From: Octopus vulgaris
Lineage: Eukaryota
Assembly: GCA_951406725.2 (NCBI GenBank)
Contig: OX597817.1
Coordinates: forward strand, 91,946,001 to 92,010,000
Direction of reading: 5' to 3'
DNA length: 64,000 nt
Shown piece by piece: positions 1-12,505 of this stretch (positions are counted from its first letter, which is position 1; every line of letters starts with the position of its first letter). Below the pieces are notes generated by a model, which saw only the letters and a program-made list of their open reading frames with translations, did not search any database and was not told where the DNA came from. A program made the translations under genes and the position numbers.

Positions 1-544
1 GTCTCTGTGTCTTTGTGAAATTCTAATTCCTGCCTTCTAGATAACCTCCAGACTCAACATGAGTTATCTTTGCTTTGTTAGTATTTTTGTTCATTTCTTT
101 GCAGATTAAATATTGATAAATTATGTGCACATTATGTTATGTTCTGTTTATATTCAGTATTTTCAGCTGTGAAAATAGCTAGCCTTACAATGCCAAACTC
201 CATTGCTTCAATATGGATAATAGTTAAGAAAAATAAGAGATGTAACTATTAATGGTGTATAACTTATTTTGTATCATTGGTACCATCATATTTTTTAACC
301 TTCTTCACACAAACACACTCATATTGTATATATGTAAACTTCTATAAGTGCATATCCTCTCCTTCCTTCTCCCCCTTCTCTCCCCTGCTCTTCTCCTCTC
401 CTTCCTTCTCCCCCTTCCCCCTCCTCTTCTCCCCTTTCCTTCTCCCCTCTTCTCCCCTTTCTTTCTCCCCCTCCCCTCCCCCTCACCCCCTCTTACCTCA
501 TCTCCTCTCTCTACACTACACCATACGACTTTACACATCACATC

Positions 545-968
545 ATATATACATACACACGTCCAGACCTCTCATACGTACTAATACTCTCTCATACACA
601 CACACACACTCTTCTCATACACACACACACACTCTTATGTTGGAGCAAGGTCATTTAACCCTATTATCTCCCCTAATTTCGCTCTTGCGTCTCACGTTTG
701 ATCTTTGACTTCTGGCCGAAATCAGATCGCCATGTTGATTCATTAGCCTCTGCACGCATATTTTTTCTCTCCTTCTTTCTGTGTTTTTTCTCTGTGTATC
801 TTTCTGTTGAAGAGCGTAGGCTCGAAACGTTAAAGACTTGTTTTATTTATATTTCCTGAGTGCCATACTAATACAATTGTTTGTTTGTATTCCACCTGCC
901 TTCATCTTTTGTTTATTTCCGTAAACCTGCCTTCGTCTTTTGTCTATTTTCATAAAGCTTCCCGTTAT
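545..968 (+). mobile_element. Penelope-like pseudo-LTR / non-autonomous element, family P1 (carries hammerhead motif)
   Basis: Close second copy at about 11850-12300. Both end in CTTCCCGTT followed by (TA)n and both contain the same hammerhead-like motif. This copy has an extra 31-nt tandem duplication near 895-957. Confidence 0.65.
799..836 (+). ncRNA. Minimal type I hammerhead ribozyme motif, A6U core variant
   Basis: TCTTT-CTGTTGAA-GAGC(GTAG)GCTC-GAAAC-GTT-AAAGA: stem I TCTTT/AAAGA, 4-bp stem II, palindromic AACGTT stem III, GUU triplet. Confidence 0.6.
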
Positions 969-1082
969 ATATATATATATATATTAATAATAATAAAATG
1001 ACAACAAAAGAATGAGACCTCGATATTAGGTAAATAGAGGAATTTATATATGTATAGTATAGGACAATCAATAAGTTGTCAT

Positions 1083-1143
1083 AATAGGACTCAGAGTTTC
1101 AAATGCCAGAGCTAAGAGCTATGATGCATTTTCATCAGCTATT
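1083..1143 (-). ncRNA. Type I hammerhead ribozyme with canonical core
   Basis: Minus strand reads AATAG-CTGATGA-AAATGC...GCATTT-GAAAC-TCTGA-GTC-CTATT. All core nucleotides are present, the cleavage triplet is GUC, and stem III (ACTCTGAGT) is near-palindromic. Confidence 0.8.
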
Positions 1144-1320
1144 TTAACAATAGACGCTATGAAAAAAAAAACCGTTGAATAAAAGGGAAGTTATTCTAAT
1201 AGACAGGAAAAATTATAAAACATGTAAAATAAAAAATAAAAATTATAAAAAATACATGTAACCATATTCTCACAATACATATAAAACCTGCATTCGTAAA
1301 ATCTACATACATGCATATGA

Positions 1321-1520
1321 TTCTTGAAAGAACAAGGTATCAGCTATAATATTTACTGGGAGATCTTGGCCAAGTGTAAACCTTAAACCAATGGCAGTGG
1401 TAAGTGTGGTCTTTGTGATATGGAAAGATGGTTCATCTGGAAAAATTCCTTAGACCTCGCTACATGTCTAAATTCCAGAACTGAACTTTTTGGATCATGT
1501 CCATATATGAAAAAAATACT
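1321..1520 (+). pseudogene. C-terminal GIY-YIG endonuclease region of a Penelope-like ORF
   Basis: Reads FLKEQGISYNIYWEILAKCKP*TNGSGKCGLCDMERWFIWKNSLDLATCLNSRTELFGSCPY, fitting the W.IL...CxLC..E...LN.R.EL...C pattern of PLE C-termini. One in-frame stop. Confidence 0.75.
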
Positions 1521-1615
1521 TATTATGGTTTTGGGCCCCCCAAGGTCACGCATAGAACCTGCTTTTTTATTATGTTCTCGTACAAGCCTTCCATATGTCT
1601 TAACATTTTTTATTG

Positions 1616-1658
<43 letters not shown>

Positions 1659-2419
1659 TGTATTTTTTATTTTTTTCCTTTTTTAATTGTGTGATTGTAT
1701 ATGTATATGTATGCATATACTAAATGTGTATGTGTGTGCATGTGTATATATGTCTTCATGTGTATGTAAGTATATCTATTTCTTTATTGCCCACAAAGGG
1801 CTACACATAGAGAAGACAAACAAGGACACACTAAGGGATTAAGTCGATTACATCAACCCCAGTGCATAACTGGTACTTATTTAATCAACCCCGAAAGGAT
1901 GTGTTGATAGGAGGGTGTATATGTATGTAAGTGTATATCTGTATACATATGTACATATATGTATACTTATATATGAAGTGAGTGTGAATACATGCCTGTA
2001 CAAGTATGTATATATGTATGTGCTTGTGTATATGTGTGAGTATATTTTATATGGATAAATGTCTAATATATTTGTAAGCATATATCTATGTGTATATGAT
2101 GGAGTTGTGTACATATATATGTATGTATGTGTGTATATTTATACATATATGTGTATGTATATGTATATGTGCATGTGTGTGTGCATGTAGAGATGTGTAT
2201 ATGAGCACGTAAATGCATGTATATGTTTTGTGTGTGTATGGGCATATATATATACATGCTTGTGTGAGTGTGTACATATGTAGACTTTACAAACACAGAA
2301 GGTCTTATATGTATGATGAGAATATGGTTGCATGTATTTTTCGTAATTTTTTAAATTTAAAATTTTTTACCTTTTATAATTTTTCCTGTCTATTAGAGTA
2401 ACTTCCCTTTTATTCAACT

Positions 2420-2833
2420 CTTACTCTTTACTCTTTTACTTGTTTCAGTCATTTGACTGCAGCCATGCTGGAGCACCGCCTTTAATCGAGCAACTCGACC
2501 CCGGGACTTATTCTTTTGTAATCCTAGTACTTATTCTATCGGTCTCTTTTGCCGAACCGCTAAGTAACAGGAACATAAACACACCAGCATCGGTTGTCAA
2601 GCAATGCTAGGGGGACAAACACAGACACACAAACACACACACGCATATATATATATGTATACATATATACGATGGGCTTCTTTCAGTTTCCATCTACCAA
2701 ATCCACTCACAAGGCTTTGGTCAACCCGAGGCTATAGTAGAAGACACTTGCCCAAGGTGTCACGCAGAGGGACTGAACCCGGAACTATGTAGTTGGTAAA
2801 CAAGCTACTTACCACACAGCCACTCCTGCGCCT
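2420..2833 (-). mobile_element. tRNA-derived SINE, family S1
   Basis: Minus-strand head GGCGCAGGAGTGGCTGTGTGG...GGGTTCAGTCCC (Pol III A/B boxes) and a short tandem-repeat tail. Further copies near 24821, 25670, 33887, 50611, 53905 and 54930. Confidence 0.85.
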
Positions 2834-2984
2834 ATAACGTTTTTTTTTTTATAGCACCTATTATCAAAATATCCAACGAAATTTCATCATAGCTCTTAGC
2901 ACCGGCATCTGAAATTTTGAGTCCTATTATGGCAACTTACTGATAGTCCTATACTATACATACATATATGTGTGTGCGTGTAAG

Positions 2985-3332
2985 ATAAAAGGGTAAAGAC
3001 CCCCTGCAGTCATGAATGACTATGGGATTGCACCTAGAAAGTTCCCCTACAAGACACAAGTCCAGGCAAGATTGTTTATGGAAGACCAGCAGTCACCCAT
3101 GCATACCAGCCTCCCTTCTCCGTGCCACTGATGTTATCCAAAGGAAAGGCAATAGCTGATACAGCTTGGCACCAGTGATATCACAAACCATTTCTATAGT
3201 TGAGTGAACTGGAGCAACATGAAATAAAGTGTCTGCTTAACAACACAACACACAATCTGGTCCAGGAATTGAAATCACTACCTCATGATTGTGAGCCTGA
3301 TGCTCTAACTACTGAGCCATGCAGCTTCACCA
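2985..3332 (-). mobile_element. tRNA-derived SINE (decayed)
   Basis: Minus-strand head GCATGGCTCAGTAGTTAGAGCATCAGGCTCACAATCATGAGG is tRNA-like and related to the SINE at 12540-12845. Confidence 0.65.
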
Positions 3333-3432
3333 TATATATATGTACATACATACATACATACATACACGCATGCATGCATACATACATACATATATATATA
3401 TATGTGTGTGTGTACATATATATATATATATA

Positions 3433-5882
3433 TCATCATCATCGTTTAACGTCCGTTCTCCATGCTAGCATGGGTTGGATGGTTCGACCGGGGATCTGGG
3501 AAGCCAGAAGGCTGCACCAGGCTCCAGTCTTATCTGGCAGTGTTTCTACAGCTGGATGCCCTTCCTAACGCCAACCACTCCGTGAGTGTAGTGGGTGCTT
3601 TTTACGTTCCACCTGCACAGGTGCCAGGCGAGGCTGGCAACGGCCACGGACGGATTGGTGCATTTTACGTGCCACCGGCACAGAAGCCAGTCGAGGCGGC
3701 ACTGGCATCAGCCACAATTCGGATGGTGCTTTTTACGTGCCACCGGCACGGAAGCCAGTCGAGGCGGCGCTGGCATCAGCCATGATTCGGATAGTGCTTT
3801 TTACGTACCACCAGTCCAGGGGTCCTGGCATCTGCCGGGTGCCAGTCATAGGATTGGTTCAATTTTGATTCCGATTTCGATTTCACTTGCCCCAACAGGT
3901 CTTCGCAAGCAAAGGGGGGTAGGCATGGATGCCTGTCATTGGATGAGGTTCAATATCGACTTCGCTTGCCTCAACAGGTCTTTGTGTGTCCAAGGGAGGA
4001 AAGGCATGCATAAGTGGGCTGGACTCACTTGTCCTGCCTGGTCTTCTCACGCACAGCATATTTCCAAAGGTCTTGATCACTGGTTATTTCCTCAGTGAGG
4101 CCTAAAGTTCGAAGGTCGTGCTTCACCACCTCGTCCCAGGTTTTCCTGAGTCTACCTCTTCCACGGGTTCCCTCAACTGCTAGGGATTGGCACTTTTTCA
4201 CACACCTATCTTCATCCATTCTCGCCACATGACCATACCAGCGCAATCGTCTCTCTTGCACACCACAACTGATGCTTCTTAGGTCCAACATTTCTCTCAA
4301 GGTACTAACGCTCTGTCGAGTATGCACACTGACATTACACATCCATCGGAGCATACTGGCTTCATTCCTCGTGAGCTTACGCATGTCCTCAGCAGTCACA
4401 GCCCATGTTTCACTGCCATGTAGCATGGCTGTTCGTACATATGCATCATACAGTCTGCCTTTTACTCTGAGAGAGAGGCCTTTAGTCATGAGCAGAGGTA
4501 AGAGCTCCCTGAACGTTGCCCAGGCTATTCTTACTCTAGCAGTTACACTTTCAGCGCAACCCCCCACCCCACTACTGACTTGGTCACCTAGATAACGGAA
4601 GCTATCAACTACTTCTAGTTTTTCCCCCTGGAAAGTAACGGTAGTTGTTTTCTGCAGATTTTTAGAGTTTATTGCTCCTGAGCATCTGCCACATACAAAA
4701 ACTATCTTCCCAGTTAACCTTCCTTTGACATTGCTGCACCTCTTATGTGTCCATAGCTTACACTAGGTACATCTTATAGAGTTTCTACCTACACCTTTTC
4801 TACAGATCGAGCAGGGCCATCTTCCTGAAGATATTTGTGGTTTGTCTACCTTTCTACTTATTAGTACTTTGGTTGTAGCTAGGTTGACTCTAAGGCCCCT
4901 CGATTCTAATCCCTCCTTCCACACCTGGAACTTCTCCTCCAGTTCTGATAGTGACTCAGCAATTAGAGCAAGGTCGTCAGCATAGAGGAGCTCCCAGGGT
5001 CAACCTGTCTTGAATTCCTCCGTTATTGCCTGGAGGACTATGATAAATAGGAGGGGGCTGAGGACTGAACCCTGGTGGACCCCAACCTCTACTTTGAATT
5101 CTTCTGTGTACATGTTGCCAACCCTAACCTTACTTACGGCATCCCTGTACATGGCTTGCACAGCTCTCACCAGCCATTCATCTATCCCTAGTTTCCTCAT
5201 TGACCACCAGGTAAGGGATCGGGGGACCCTGTCAAAGGCTTTCTCCATGTCAACGAAAGCCAGGTACAGGGGCTTATCTTTGGCTAGGTATTTCTCCTGC
5301 AGCTGTCTCACCAGAAATATGGAATCAGTGGTGCTTTTCCCTGGCATGAAACCAAACTGCATCTCATCCAAGCTGACTCTTTCCTTAATCAGTTGGGCTA
5401 TGACCCTCTCTGTAACCTTCATTACCTGATCCAACAGCTTGATACCTCTGTAATTATTTGTATCTAGGGCATCTCCTTTACCTTTGTAGCAGTTGACTAT
5501 TATGCAGCTACACCAGTCATTGGGTATGACTCCTTCGTGTATCACCTCATTAACTATACGGGTGACTAGGTTATAGCCGACACGGCCAGATATTTTGAGC
5601 ATCTCTGCAGTAATTCCTCATGGGCCTTGGTCTTTCCCTGTCTTCATGCTTCTAATTGCCTTAACTACCAAAGAATTGTCAACTCGGATGGCTGGTCCCT
5701 CTGTTGGGTTGACATTCGGCAGACTCTCTTTATCCCATTCATTTTCTTTATTCAGCAACCTTTCATAGTGGCATCTCCAAACCTCTCTCTTTGCATCCTC
5801 ATTTAGCGCAAGTGAACCATCATCCATGCGGACACATTTCTCTCCTACCACATCACGATTCTCTCTCACACACTGTCTTGCA
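3433..5882 (-). mobile_element. 5'-truncated RTE-clade LINE (reverse transcriptase, disrupted)
   Basis: ORF pieces 5618-5869, 5000-5602 (NYRGIKLL, FVDMEKAFD, GVHQGSVLSPLLF), LYADDL near 4970-4990 and 4025-4567 (LHGSETW, RLRWYGHV). (ATG)n tail at about 3433. Confidence 0.93.
3592..3835. repeat. Four tandem units of about 63-68 bp in the RTE 3' UTR
   Basis: GGTGC(T/A)TTTTACGT recurs at about 3594, 3657, 3725 and 3793 with similar flanks. Confidence 0.8.
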
Positions 5883-6137
5883 ATATATATATATGGTAAA
5901 GCTGCATGGCTCAGTGGTTAAAGCATCAGGCTCATAATCATGAGGAAGCTTGTTTGAAAACATTGTAAGTGATGAAGCCTTAATAAAATTACAATGACTA
6001 GGATGCATAATTGTATATGGAGCAATATGTAGTTGCTGCAATGAAACATATGTTGGTCATTGTTATATATGCTGTAGAAAACTTTTTTAATAAAAAGTTT
6101 TGGATGTGAATAAATCTCCACTCTCCTCTTGGTTTTC

Positions 6138-6176
<39 letters not shown>

Positions 6177-6759
6177 TATACATATATACCCATATCTTAC
6201 TTCCTTTCTGCCTGCCCCCTTGCTTCCCTTCCGCTATAAATGTCGTGATCATCATTTAATGTCAGTTTTGCATGCTGGGATGAGTAGGACAGTTTGACAG
6301 GAAAGGCAAGTCAGAGGACTACACCAAGCCCTGCTGTCTGTTTTAGCATAGTTTCTACAGTTGGACGTTCTTCCAATTGTCAACCACTTTACAAAGTGTA
6401 CAGGGTGTTTTTTTTTATGTGGCACCAGCAGCAGTGACGTCACCACGTAACTTGCAGAACAAGACCCCTCAAATATAGGGAGTAGTTTTGTGGGACAGAA
6501 AAGGTGTCTTGCATTAGAAGAGAGACATGGCTTTCTCAGATAGAGAAGAGAGCAAGGAGAGCAAGATGGTGAGGGTGGTGTATATAGAGAAGTGGGCTGG
6601 AGATTGGAGAGGGTGGGTTGGTGGGTGAGTTCGCAGGATTTTGAAAGGAGAGTAGAAACTAGAGGTGGTGAGGAGGAGACGAATTTGACAGGGGTATATT
6701 GTCACTCCCTAATGTAACAACCATGCCAGTGTGAATACTCTTGGGGATTAAACACTTTT

Positions 6760-6980
6760 TCTGAAGGTACTTGATAACACCCCAATGCCAAATTTTGTTA
6801 GTTTTCAAGAGAAGTCACAACTAGTTACTTTTGAAGTTTTCTTTGAACAGTCGGATGTCAGTTTACCTGCAAAGAAACAATGCAGTTATTAATAAGAATA
6901 GTTGAAATTAATGGATGCAAGATTTCACAGCTCTAGCATCATTCCTTCATAGTCTATGAACTTTTCAGTCCACCCTCATA
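6760..6980 (-). mobile_element. Mariner 5' fragment with TIR (same family as 56313-57396)
   Basis: Similar to 57210-57396 and ends in CTTTTCAGTCCACCCTCA-TA. Confidence 0.6.
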
Positions 6981-7914
6981 GCATGAAATCTGAGAGTCGA
7001 AGGATGATATAGTAATGCAGATGATAGAAGGAGGAGAGATATTGAGTGGATGTGAGTAGAGCCAGTATGTAGTTTGCTGTGTCAGATGAGTAACAACTAT
7101 TGTAGTAGTAGTGGTGAAAGTGGCAGAGAGGAGATAACATGTGTCTGGGGGTCTATTGTTGTTTCTTTGGCAATCAATCAAATGGCATTGTTTTAGTTAT
7201 TATTTAATACGTTTGTAACAGCTGTAGCACTGCCCAGATATTTGGGGAGTACTCTTTAAGTTAATCTTACATGGGCATTACAGAGGGCACTAACAGTTGT
7301 TGGCAAAAGAAAAACAAATTACAGCTTAAGGCCTTGAAATCTGCACTGGCATCAAAATAATTTCTAATTTTCTTTAAATCTTCTTGTGTAATGCTTTTTG
7401 TAACAAGTGACACCAAGCTTTATATCACTTTCAATCTAGCTCTGATAGAGAGTCAGCAACTAACTGTGAGTGAAGTATTGAAGAAAATCTACTTCTTCTG
7501 AAGCACTTTTGTCAATGTTATATTTGTGGGGTCACCATGAGAACAGATTACAATAGAGTGTATGGGACAGCATTATGAAAGCCCATGTAGGCGAGTATAA
7601 TCAGAAAGCATTTGCAGATGGCTTTGGGAGTTTCAACCATGTTGTTGTTGTTGATTCATATTGAGAGTGTATCACCATAAGTCTGCTAACACACTGGACA
7701 GACTGAAATTAATGAATTCTAGATAAGAACATGCAACTAGACTTGTTGTAAATTAATTGTGGAATTCAAACCTCTACAGAGATCATGTTATCATGGAAAC
7801 ATGTTCATTAGTTGATGTTGTCATGGTCACATGCTATTATCAAGATGAAGTTAACTAAAGTAAATGGAGTCAACATTTTAGTGATTTAACAGCAGCCTCA
7901 TATGATAGCTAGTT

Positions 7915-8482
<568 letters not shown>

Positions 8483-9463
8483 ATATATATATATATAACT
8501 TTGCCATGCTTGTATAGCTCAGACAAAAATATGCTGAGTCAGATTTTCAGCTGGATACACTTCCTGATGTCAATTTTCCCTCATTTCCAAACATACAACA
8601 AACAGCCTGGACATGCTTTCTCAGTAGACTGCAAACAAATGACATCATATATATGAACAGTGAGGCTTTTATTCATAATCAGCACACACACATATGAATA
8701 CAAGGGAAAAATACAAACTGACTCATGCACAGATTCATACATACACACATTCATTGAAACATATATTCATGCATATATACATATATGTATACAGTTATGG
8801 ACTGGCTAGGTTGCCAGATTGCCCAATGGCAAGTGGACCCCTGTGCCATTAGAATCCATATATGGGGGCTCATGTTAGTATCTAAGGGACCTATTTCCTC
8901 AAGTTTGAGAATTTTTTATTCACTCCTGGAAGAATGCATTAATTATTTCAACCTGGCTGTGTTTGTAAACAGTTGAAAAGAATACTTTTAACAAAAAAAT
9001 AAAATTATATGATAGCATTATAGTTGCGGGTGGAACCCCTTGCAGTTGCAGGTGGACCCCCTTAGTCTCCTGGCAACCAATATTTTTAGACCCAGTTCGC
9101 CACTGTATGTATATGTGTAGTGTATGTGTGTATGTACATTCATGTGTGTATTTGTATATATGTGTATTTATCCAGTTCAAGCACATGAGTTAAAACTAAG
9201 GAAACTAACTGGTGTCACTTTCATAGCATTAGTACTATGTGACATGAGCTAATTAAAAGAGGCCTAACATCTCAAAATCATCTTAAACTTGTCTCAAATC
9301 TCTCTTTCTTCTCTCTCTCTCTCTATATATATATATATACATACACACACACACGTACATACATATGTACATACATACATATATGTGTGTATATATATAT
9401 ATATGTGTGTATGTATGTATGTATGTATGTATGTATGTATGTATGTATACATAGATATATATA

Positions 9464-11085
9464 CAGTAGAACATAGCAGTATGAGTAATTTGTTGTATGA
9501 GCTGAGGCGCATGCAAATTTTTGCCGTGAAGTATGAGTGGCAATCTGCAGTATGAACCAGTTTCATACAAACAATCACTAGTCAGCACTAAGCTCACACA
9601 CACTCTCCCAACAAGTGTAGCCTCTACTTGCTTAGTTCATGTGTTTATCTCATTGTGGCAGCATCCCTATTGTGTTTTACCCAGTGTTTCTTTTTTTAGT
9701 TTTGTGCTTTTTTTGCTATTATCTCTCTATATATAAACAGCAAAATGTCTGTGTGTGTGTCCTTTATAAAAATCCAAAATTTTTCCGTTAGAGGGCTCGC
9801 ATTTTCTATGGTCATTCAAAACCATCCAAGGGTGGTTATGCATATCTTTATATTTCTCCAGTTACCCCGCAAAGCCATTAAAAAATCAATAGAAGTGACT
9901 TTTTTTGTGAATTTTCTATCCAAAACCCAATCAAAATGCCCGATACTTGATACACCAATTGAAAGCTTGCTAGCTGTATGTGATTGGTCGGAGATTTGGA
10001 CAGTACTCACGTGTATGTGTGCATGCATGCAGCTGTATATGCATGCACTAGCAGTATGACCCGGCGTTGCCGGGTCATAATGCTAGTTTTATAATAATTA
10101 GTTGTGTTAATAATGGGTGCTAAGAAGGTTAGTGCAAAGGACAGTGCTGAGAAAAAGAAAAGCTGATTATGATAGAATTGAAGAAGGAAATCATTGATAA
10201 ACATGAGAGAGGAGTGTATGTAGTGGACATAGCATGTCAATACAACCAAAGCACATCGATAATCTGCACCATCCGGAAGAAAAAAGAATGGGATCAGGGC
10301 CATTGCAACTGCAAAGAAGAACCTGTATAACTGCAGAGGAGAAGAAAATGCCAAGCCACAAGCCTATGAAAGATAAGTTAACTCTTGCCCTTTGTGTCAA
10401 TGTTAGTAGATGTTTGAAGATTAAGCCACTACTTATCTACCATTCCAAAAACCTACGAGCATTCAAGTCACACAAAATCCTGAAGGAGAAGTTGCAGGTC
10501 AGGTGGAGGGAAAATGTTAAAGCCTGGGTCACCAGGCAATTCTTCACTGAGTGGGTCAACCTTATCTTCAGACCAGCAGTGAAAAAATACCTTCTGAAGA
10601 ACGATCTTCCTCTCAAGACCCTCCTCATCCTTGACAATGCTCCTGCTAACTCTCCTATCTTTGAAGATGATATCCTGGATGAATTTAAATCCATAAAAAT
10701 TCAATACTTTTTCCTGCAACACCGCACCTATCTTGCAACCCATGGACTGACAAGTGATTGCTAATTATAAGAAATTGTACACCAAACACCTGTTTTGTCT
10801 GTGTTTTGAAGTCACCGAAAATACAAATCTAACCCTTTGGGAGTTTTGGAAAGTGCACAACAGCATTTAAAATGTATGAAAATTATCAATATGGCCTGGC
10901 ACGGTGTAATGAGGAGAAAGATGAATTCTGCAAGGAGAAAACTGTGGCCTTTCTACTTTTCCAAAAGAGACTTTGAGGGGTTTGACTCTGAGACACCTGT
11001 CCATGGGCTTGAGGTTGACGATAGGGACATTAAGGATCTCATCGAGGAACACTCAGAGGGGATGATGACAGATGAATTCCTGCCG
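9464..11085 (+). mobile_element. Tigger/pogo-family DNA transposon (decayed transposase), interrupted by a Helitron
   Basis: TA-CAGT start and MGAKKVSAK start region near 10113. ORF 10234-10764 contains KDKLTLALC, KAWVT..FFTEW and LLILDNAP (DDE_1 type). Confidence 0.85.
9722..10086 (+). mobile_element. Non-autonomous Helitron, family H2
   Basis: 5' TCTCTCTATATATAAA, 3' GC-rich hairpin plus CTAG, inserted between A and T with no TSD. Confidence 0.75.
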
Positions 11086-11089
11086 CCTC

Positions 11090-11825
11090 TGAGGAAAGTT
11101 GATATTGCATTTTTGTGGCAGATGGCAGAGCTAGGGTTTGAAGAAGAAGGAGAGGAACCTCATGGGGAGGACAGAGCATCATGGTATGGGGCAAGATTGC
11201 ACTCAACCAGAAACTTGGACCGGTGGTTTTCCAAAACATCAGCCAAAGGCAGGGCAATGGAGTAACTGCTGCTCGATAGATTGACCAAGTGTTGAGGCCT
11301 CACATTGTGTCATACTTTGCCCATCCAACATGACAACACCTGTGCCCATACTGCCAGGTTGACAACAGACTTCTTCCAACAGCACAACATCCAGACACTG
11401 CCATGGCCTGCCCTAAGTCCAGAGTTGAACCCCATAGAGCACCTGGGGGACAAAATCCCAAGAAGGCTACATGACATCTGTCCAAGGCCAACAACTGTGG
11501 CACAACTCACTGCAAGTTTTAACAGAGTGTGGGGTGCTATCCCCATGACCTTCATCAGTCGTTTGGTACATTCAGTGTACAGAAGATACCTAGCTGCAAT
11601 CAATGCTAGTGGTGGTCACACAAGATATTGAATTTATCTCTTTGGATCCAGAACACTCTGTCACCACACAACACCATGTGACATCAAATATGTTTCAGGA
11701 AATGATGTTTTATCTTTAGGAAAGAACAGTTTCTTAATTAGCATTCTTCAATCAATGTTACGGCAGTCTGATAGTAAATCGGTTTCTATTTAGTATGTGT
11801 GTGACTTTTCTTTTGTAGTTCAGTT
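11090..11825 (+). mobile_element. Tc1-family transposon 3' fragment
   Basis: ORF 11305-11631 contains QHDNTCAHTA, WPALSPELNPIEHL and GGHTRY. Confidence 0.85.
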
Positions 11826-11849
11826 CAGATATATGTATGTATATACCAA

Positions 11850-12505
11850 CCCTATACATACACACGTCCAGACCCCTCATACGCACTTATACTCTCTCAT
11901 ACACACACACACACACTTATACATACTAATACGTACTAATACATACTAATACATACTAATACATACACCAACCCCATACATACGCCTGTCCAGACCTATC
12001 CTAGGGTCATTCAACCCTATTATCAACCCTATTATCTCCCCTTATTTCGCTCTCGCGTCTCATGTTTGATCTTTGACCTCTGGCTGAAATCAGATTGCCA
12101 TGTTGATTCGTTAGTTACTGCATGCATTTTTTTTCTTACTGTGTTTTTTTTCTCTCTGTGTATCTTTCTGTTGAAGAGCGTAGGCTCGAAACGTTAAAGA
12201 CTTGTTTTATTTATATTTCCTGAGCGCCATACAAATACAATTGTTTGTTTGTTTTCCACCTGCCTTCGTCTTTTGTCTATTTTCATAAAGCTTCCCGTTA
12301 TATATATATATATATATATCGCCATGATAGATCGTTAGCCACTACACACATATTTTTCTCTCCTTGTTTTTTTCTGTGTCCCTTTCTGTAGAAGAGCGTA
12401 GGCTCAAAACGTAAAAGACATTTTCTATTCCTGAGCGTTGTACTAATACATCTGTTTGTTTACTACACCACCTGTCTTTGTCTTTTGTTTTTTTTCGTAA
12501 ACTCT

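Larger units (their letters stand above)
990..2965 (+). mobile_element. 5'-truncated Penelope-like element (family P2) with inverted 5' pseudo-LTR, GIY-YIG C-terminus and 3' pseudo-LTR
   Basis: About 1040-1318 is the reverse complement of about 2275-2417 plus 2835-2965 (the right arm is split by a SINE). The coding remnant at 1321-1520 lies between the arms. Confidence 0.75.

Noticed and set aside
277-708. Ser/Pro/Leu-rich ORFs and the many YIYIYI, HTHTHT and CVCVCV ORFs across the window
   Set aside because: Translations of pyrimidine tracts and microsatellites.
3592-3835. Regularly spaced repeats that superficially resemble a CRISPR array
   Set aside because: The whole unit repeats with no unique spacers, it lies in an RTE 3' UTR, the context is eukaryotic and there are no cas genes.
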